Shown here piece after piece: positions 13,008 through 25,102 of a DNA stretch of 25,102 bases. The stretch covers positions 1,540,246 to 1,565,347 of the forward strand of contig JAWQFM010000008.1 in NCBI GenBank assembly GCA_033442325.1. Direction: 5' to 3'. The notes below the pieces were generated by a model. It was not told the origin of the DNA. It was given only the letters and a program-made list of their open reading frames with translations, and did no database searches. Every line of letters begins with the position of its first letter. The first letter of the stretch is position 1. A program made the translations under genes and the position numbers. The DNA comes from Salpingoeca rosetta. Taxonomy: Eukaryota; Protista; Choanoflagellata.

Positions 13008-15320
13008 ATGCCTCGGACTGCATCGTCAGTGGTGTGGAAGGACGCGTGCCTGACGACCAACCGCGTTGGGCCCGGTGTTTTGCCCACGCCAACGGTCGAT
13101 AGCCCACCGCTTCTCCGCTACCCGGGCTTCACCACCAAGTACCCGCTGCCGGCATTCTCAAAGGGCCGCCTGGCCCGCCTCTCGACACCGCTAAGCATCC
13201 AAGTGCAGACCGGCTACAGCGGCTGGAGGCTCAAGGCAGAGAGGAACAACGGCAGCAGCAAGACAATGCTCTTGCCTGCCTACCTGCAGATGGCTGCTCG
13301 CAACGACCCAAGCCCAACAATGGCACAGGGTGAGCACCAGCCCAAGAGGGCCAAGTCCATGTCACCAACGCCGCTCGCCCTCAGCAACAGCCGCGGGTCC
13401 AGCACCTGGTCCAGCCCCAGCTCCAGCTCCGATTGCCAAGCACACGACACGCCGCCCCGCCCCACACAAGCACGCGAGGACGTTGTGCGCGCCGCGTACA
13501 TGGAGGCAGATGCGGCAGCGGTCCGAGCACTGAGGGTGCTGAAGACTGGGGCCAAGATTGAGTTTGCCGGCAACATCGACCTGTGCCAGGCCGTGTTCAC
13601 TGAGCAGTTGCAGAAGCTGAGCGACGCCCTCCCCGACGAGCTGCACTGGCGCGGCGGCAGCACCATGCTGGCAGAGCTCGACCCCATCGAGGGCATCAAC
13701 AGCCCGCAGATGTACCTCAAGATGACCGGGTGCACGACGCCTGCACACCAGGAGAACGACAACCTGCTGTCCATCAACATCAACGTCGGGCCGGGGTCGT
13801 GCGTGTGGTACGGCGTTGCTCCGCAGCACGTGGGCCGCGTCAAGTTGCTCTGCAAGACGAAGGGCATCGACTTCAAGGACGGCGGGTGGTGGCCAACACC
13901 TGGCGAGCTCGACAAGGAGAACATTCCGCTGGTGCGGTTCATCCAAGGGCCGGGCGAGGCTGTTCTCGTCAACCCAGGCACCCTTCACTGGGTTCGGGTG
14001 AGTTTCTCTCCTGCCTTGATTGTGTGTGCATGCATGCACGCATTGAGATGATAGATGGATAGATAGTGTGTGTATCTGTGTGTCACACACACACTGTTTG
14101 TGCGTGTGTATGTGTATGTGCATGTTTGTGTGTGTGCATGTGCATGTTTGTGTGTGTGCATGTGTGTGTGACTCTCTGCGAGTGCACTGTGTTTGATACT
14201 TGCTCGCAGCGATTCAACCACTCACCCATATTTTGGCACACGCATGTTGTTTGTTTGTCTTCATGCTCCACCCCTCTTTCTTTACCCCCCCCCCCCCACC
14301 TCTTCAAAATCTTGGTTGTTGGCGTCAGGCGCTGAGTGCATGCGTGCATGTGTCGTGGAACCTTGCGCCGGCCTGCGCGCTGCAGTATGTGTCGATGTTT
14401 GGTGCGACGTACCACATCGTTCCGCGCCGCCACCTTGCGCGCTGTGTCTTGTTGCGGGAGCAGAAGCGCCTGCCGCGTGACGCTGCCCTGTGCGCGGCCA
14501 TGCTGCGCGTGGTGACGCAGGACCTGGAGGAGCACAGGGCCGTCTGCGCAGACAAGACGCTGGTCGCTGTGGCATGCGAGCCGAGCAACGCGGCGTGCTT
14601 TGTGTGCGGTGGCGACGTGGGCAACGCCTTCTTCACCTCGTCCCCTTCTAAGGTGTTCTGCGTCAAGTGCCGCAACACCATTGTCGCCCGTGTCCGCACC
14701 GCCGCCAGGAGGCTCCGTAAGGACGTGTACACGCCCTTCATCCGGAAGCACTGCCAGTACCTGCAGGCCGAGAACGACCTGCCCATGTACATGTTCAAGG
14801 TGTACAACTTTGTGTTGAGCGTGGAGGAGCAAGAGGCCATGATTGCGGCGACGCGGCAGCACCTGCTGCGGCTGCGCAGCGGCGACGGGGTGGCGACCTT
14901 CACGCTTGGCGCGCCAGGCAATGACGACAACCGCAGCAGCAACAGTGGCAGCGGGGTTGAGACACTTGCTGACAGTGGTGCTGACGCTGATGATGCCGCT
15001 GGAAAGATGATGGGCACTCCCGCCACAGCTGTTGGTGGTGATGATGGCACAGCTGTTGGTGGTGATGATGGCACAGTTGTTGGTGGTGATGATGGCACCA
15101 CCCCTGCGTGCAGGATGCGAGTGGATGGTGCTGTTGTGACGGCGGTCTCAACTGGCGACACTGCCTCTCCCACTGGCGTGGTGATTCACAGCAGCATCGG
15201 CTGTGCCTGCGCTGACGATAACGACGATACCGGCGATGATGACAAGGAAGAGGAACAGGATGAGGAGAAGGAGCAGAAAGGGAAGGAGGGAGGGAAGGAA
15301 AAAGAGAAGGCGGAGAAGGT

Positions 15321-15395
<75 letters not shown>

Positions 15396-15480
15396 GATTG
15401 GGAGCGAGCACATGGGCGTTGTTCGGGCATGGCTGGCTGCTGTTGGGGAAGAAGACAGAATTGCAGAGTGGAAGCCATGA
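13008..15480 (+). CDS. KDM6 (UTX/JMJD3)-type JmjC histone demethylase-like protein, 713 aa; exons 13008-13997 and 14329-15480
   Basis: FAGNIDL...GINSPQMYLKMTGCTTPAHQENDNLLSININVGPGSCVWY...GGWWP...IPLVRFIQGPGEAVLVNPGTLHWVR|ALSACVHVSWNLAP parallels UTX FGTNIDL...[34 protein letters not shown]...GSWWP...[35 protein letters not shown]. It is followed by IVPRRHL and a CxxC...CxxC zinc-binding domain (CFVC...FCVKC). The single intron is phase-0 GT-AG. Confidence 0.9.
15025..15096 (+). repeat. 3 x 24-bp coding minisatellite (TAVGGDDG)
   Basis: acag(c/t)tgttggtggtgatgatggc three times. Confidence 0.9.
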
Positions 15481-16160
15481 GCGTGTCACACCAGTGCTTG
15501 CTTGGCCCCAAGGCGCTGCGAGTGAGTTGTTGGTGTTGTGATGACACACGCTGTTGTGTTGATGGCGTTGAAGCATAGCCGACATTTGTCGGACATTGTT
15601 GGATGGGTTTGATGCGTTGGGTCATGAAGGGTGCTTGCTGGTTTGGTGCGGCCCATGTGCCTGCTCCCTTTGCTTATTCAGCAAGCACCCTCTCCTCTCT
15701 TTTGTTCTTGTGCATTTATATTTGCAATTGTGCATGTGCGTGCTCCTGTGCGCTTGCATGCGTTTCATTTCATTTCCTCACTTGTGTACACAACCTGCCC
15801 ACCTGTGCCTTCTTTCCTTGTGCCATTGTTGTGCTTTGTTCTGTGTTGTGATTGACTGGGTGTTCCTTTCACAACGATGTGTGCGCTTGTGTTGCGCTGC
15901 TGGTTGTTTGCTTGATCAGCTTTTAATCTATGATTTCTGCAAGTGGTGGTAGAGTGGTGGTAGAGTGGTGGTGGTGGCGGCGCTTTGTTGTTGGGGTGGT
16001 GTCAGGCCGTCGTGCCACGTGCTGTATGTACGTAATGCACTGCTTTGTGCGTGGCAACTGACATGGATTCTCTCTGGTTCCCTTTTTGCTCCCTCTCCGT
16101 CAAAGCAATAAACGACACCTCCACACCCCAAACTGCAGAGACGTGCGTGTGTGTGTGTGT
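15119..16160 (+). repeat. Copy 1 of a ~1.05-kb near-identical direct duplication (JmjC gene tail + 3' UTR, AATAAA at 16107)
   Basis: Matches 19047-~20130. ORFs 15596/19565, 15603/19572 and 15631/19600 are identical. Ends in a (GT)n tract. Confidence 0.95.
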
Positions 16161-16164
16161 TGTG

Positions 16165-16200
<36 letters not shown>

Positions 16201-16502
16201 TTTCAGGGGGTTTGTATTGGTGGAAACGCTCAGCCGATTGCTCGGGAGTGACATGACACCAGTTGCAGTGGAGGGAGGTACGTTTATTGAGCGAATGCAC
16301 AAGTTGGCTGCCAGTCAGCAGCAAGCTCCTTATGAACATCCACAACATGGGACAACAACAGTGACATGTCATGCAACCAACTCACAGGGTGTCAGGCTTT
16401 CATGCCATGTTCATCAAAGCATTTGGTACACAGGAATCGCACATCACAGAAACAGCACAGAAAAAAAAAAGCACAGGGGCAGGAGGGGAGTTGAGCACAT
16501 GT

Positions 16503-17078
16503 TTAGAGGTTGCGCTTGATCCACTCCTGAAGGCAGAAGATGAGATCGCCGCGGTGCTTGGAGTTGAGCTTGGACACGTTCTGCTGAAGCCAGTCTCCAA
16601 ACACATCAGGGTCCTCGCCCATCACAAGGAATTGGCCCTGTTTACGGTGTGTGCGTTTGTGTACAAAGACGGACAGTGTGTGTGTGTGTTTGTGCACACA
16701 AAGACAGATAATGAGTGGGTACGTGCGTGTGCTCATAGACGGATAGTGTGTATGTGTGTGGAGGAAAGGGCGGCGTCAAGAAGGTGGATGAAGGACAAGC
16801 AGGTGATATCATGCGAAACCGCGCAGGTCAGAGAGTCAGAAGGATCTCAACACACCCTTGTCAATACAACATCCAGCCAACCAAGTCAACCAAGTCAACC
16901 AAGTCAACAGAACAACTCACAACAAACTCACCAGCACTTGCTTGGCCGTGGCGAAACCAAGCGCAGCAAGCTGCTCGCCACCCTTCTCGCCAATGCCGGC
17001 AAGTTCTGTGGCCGCCTTGTCCTCCATGCGCTCGCGCACGAACTCGTCGTGCTTCTTCGATGTCGTGCGCTCAGCCAT
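16503..17078 (-). CDS. BANF1: Barrier-to-autointegration factor homolog, 93 aa; exons 17078-16932 and 16637-16503
   Basis: MAERTTSKKHDEFVRERMEDKAATELAGIGEKGGEQLAALGFATAKQVL|GQFLVMGEDPDVFGDWLQQNVSKLNSKHRGDLIFCLQEWIKRNL aligns end to end with human BAF (TTSQKHRDFVAEPMGEK...LAGIGE...GF.KAYVVLGQFLV...F.EWL...CL.EW). Confidence 0.92.
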
Positions 17079-17128
17079 TCTCGTTGTTCTCGTTGTTGTT
17101 GTGGTTGGTTGTTGTTGTCGTGGTGCTG

Positions 17129-17518
17129 TCAGCAAAGTCGTGGGTCGGCTGCTGGCTGGTGTTTGAGGATTTTTGGTTTTGGTGGTTCGTCGGCTGTCGC
17201 TTGCAGGGTAACCGTTACTACTATTTTTGGTGTCGGATTTTGGAACTGCAAAACGTGACAGACTCGAGAATGCAGCAGCTTTGATTTCCAGCACGCTGCT
17301 GCAACCGGAACTGCAAATGCTTGTGTGCTGTGGCGGTGTGTAAACTCGGCTTTCACGTCAACGTCGTCGTTGTCTTGGGGAGATCGCGTCACGGCGAGAG
17401 TGCGAAGCAAGCGGTCAGCACCGGTAGTCAACACAGGCCTTTGGGTAAGCCTTGCAGTAGCTGCAGTGGCAACACCAGCAAACCACCGTGTGCAGCCAAT
17501 CATCAAGATCGACGACAT
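17129..17518 (-). CDS. Hypothetical 129-aa ORF with a mitochondrial-presequence-like N-terminus
   Basis: AAG-ATG context as in the neighbouring genes. The first ~45 aa are Arg/Thr/Ala-rich and nearly free of acidic residues. No recognisable domain. Confidence 0.25.
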   Translation of the reverse strand: MSSILMIGCTRWFAGVATAATARLTQRPVLTTGADRLLRTLAVTRSPQDNDDVDVKAEFTHRHSTQAFAVPVAAACWKSKLLHSRVCHVLQFQNPTPKIVVTVTLQATADEPPKPKILKHQPAADPRLC

Positions 17519-17915
17519 CTTCTTGCACGTGACAGCTCAACAGCTACAAGGTCACCTGGTGCTCTTGTTTTCCAGCTTTGACAGCGGCTTGATCTCTGCT
17601 TCGATGCCTGGTTGCGCTTTTCTGTGGGTGAGTGAGTGCGTGTGTGTGTGTGAGTGAGTGAGTGTGTGTGTGTGTGTGTGGCGGAAGCGGGTGGAGAGGG
17701 CGCGGTTATATTGGAGAGGGAGCAGTTGGATTGGAGAACAATAAGTGATCACAGCGTAGATGGATCATGTGTGCCACTGTTCCTCCGATCTGCCATCTCA
17801 TACAATTGTCATCGCGCTCGTGTCGCCTGTGAGAAGCAGGTACGCCGCCAGCCCTTGTGTCTCTGATCCCGTGGAGTCGAAACAAGAACGGTTTCGTGGT
17901 TTTAGAAACGCTAGA

Positions 17916-18725
17916 ATGTCGGGATCAACACTGGTAGTGGCCGCGATTCGCCGCCAGCCTGCTCAGTGCTTGTTCCGAATTGCGCACCAGCGATACTGCC
18001 GAAGCAGCAGCAGCAGGGCATCGCCATACAGCGTGGCGCGCTTTGGGTCGTCCAGTCAGAGGCTCAGCCAGAGGTTCAATGGCACCTGCAGCATTGGAAC
18101 AGCGTCCAGTGCGATCGACGCAGCTACCTCGAGCAAGACCAGGGCAGCCACTGTGACGTGTGGGAAGCGACAAGTCTCGTTTCGGCAAGATGTCATGGCC
18201 TGGCAAGCTGACGGCTCCGTCATTGCCGAGGATGGTCCGTCAAGCCTTTTGTGTTTTCATGTGCGTGTGTGCATGTGTGTGTGTGCATGTGTGTGCATGT
18301 GTGTGTGCGTGCGTGTGGCGCCGGGGGGAGAGTGAATGTGCTGCTCTGTGGATACCTGAGGCGCGCACGCGCGTGTGTGTGTTGTATGCTGTGTGCTGTG
18401 TGCTTTGTGGGTGTGTGTGTTGGGTGCGTGTGTGGTTGTGCGCGTACTTACGTCTTGAGCTTGCGCTGCTGCGGTCATTACTCACTGATGGAAACCCGTT
18501 CCCTCAGGCGGCAGTGCAGTGCTTGGGACGGTCATGGCCAACCCACATGACGTGCAGAGGGGCAAGCGTGTCAACGTGACATACCATGAGCCAGACGCAT
18601 CTGTCAATGTCATCTTCAAGAACTTTCTCCGCCGCCAGCTCTCCGAGACAGAGCGAGAGGTGGTCACCACATCCGTGCTGCGCCACGTGCTTGTTCCCCG
18701 GCTTCGCGGCAACCACACCTTGCAC
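17916..18725 (+). CDS. PNPT1: Polynucleotide phosphorylase (PNPase)-like, divergent; only the first two exons (17916-18234, 18508-18725) are present before the assembly gap
   Basis: An Arg/Ser-rich presequence is followed by VTCGKRQVSFRQDVMAWQADGSVIAEDG|GSAVLGTV...VNVTYHE...KNFLRRQLSETEREVVTTSVLRHVLVPRL. This is collinear with PNPase RNase PH domain 1 ([22 protein letters not shown]...LVVDYRQK...[29 protein letters not shown]). The phase-1 intron is consistent. Confidence 0.7.
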
Positions 18726-18946
18726 GTACGTGCATGCTCTCTATTTATCTTGGTTGATGGCGATGTCGTTTGCTTGCGCTGCATGGACTGCGGATGAGGG
18801 AGTGGGGGCTTGTCACTCGATGACCTCAGGGCGTGATTTTCGCTCTACACGCGCGCGTGTGTGTGTCTGTCTATCCGTCCGTCTGTGTGTGCGCGCGCGC
18901 GTGTGTGTGTGTCTGTCTATCCGTCCGTCTGTGTGTGTGTGTGTGT

Positions 18947-19046
18947 NNNNNNNNNNNNNNNNNNNNNNNNNNNNNNNNNNNNNNNNNNNNNNNNNNNNNN
19001 NNNNNNNNNNNNNNNNNNNNNNNNNNNNNNNNNNNNNNNNNNNNNN
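18947..19046. other. Assembly gap (exactly 100 N)
   Basis: N run. A length of 100 is commonly a placeholder for an unknown or negative gap size. Confidence 0.98.
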
Positions 19047-20130
<1,084 letters not shown>

Positions 20131-20144
20131 GTGCAGAGACGTGC

Positions 20145-20237
<93 letters not shown>

Positions 20238-20245
20238 CGCGCGCG

Positions 20246-24954
<4,709 letters not shown>

Positions 24955-25102
24955 CTACGCAGGGGCCGGATGCAGCGCGTGTCATCGTGAGAGTGGAATT
25001 GAGACCGACACGCGTGCATGAGTTGCACCTGGCGTCCTGAATTTGAATAAAACACACACACACACACACACACACAAGCACACACACACACACAAGCACA
25101 CA

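Overview
This is intron-rich, GC-rich eukaryotic genomic DNA. The introns are packed with (CA)n/(GT)n/(GA)n/(CAA)n microsatellites, and there are two N gaps. The style and gene content suggest a choanoflagellate such as Salpingoeca rosetta (inference). From left to right: (1) a 5'-truncated Ty1/copia pol (integrase-RT, minus strand) fused precisely to a 553-bp LTR; (2) an 11-exon NEK4-like kinase (-); (3) head-to-head with it, an EHD-family gene (+) that lacks its entire nucleotide-binding domain; (4) a 5-exon alpha/beta hydrolase (-); (5) a compact, TPR-less KDM6/UTX-type JmjC H3K27-demethylase-like gene (+) with an acidic tail, whose 3' ~1.05 kb recurs 4 kb downstream next to a gap; (6) a barrier-to-autointegration factor (BANF1) homolog (-); (7) the first two exons of a divergent PNPase (+), cut by a gap; (8) most of a mitochondrial-type methionyl-tRNA synthetase (-). 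Most ORFs in the supplied track are microsatellite read-throughs or antisense shadows. Gene models were spliced by hand, and family assignments rest on remembered motifs rather than database searches.
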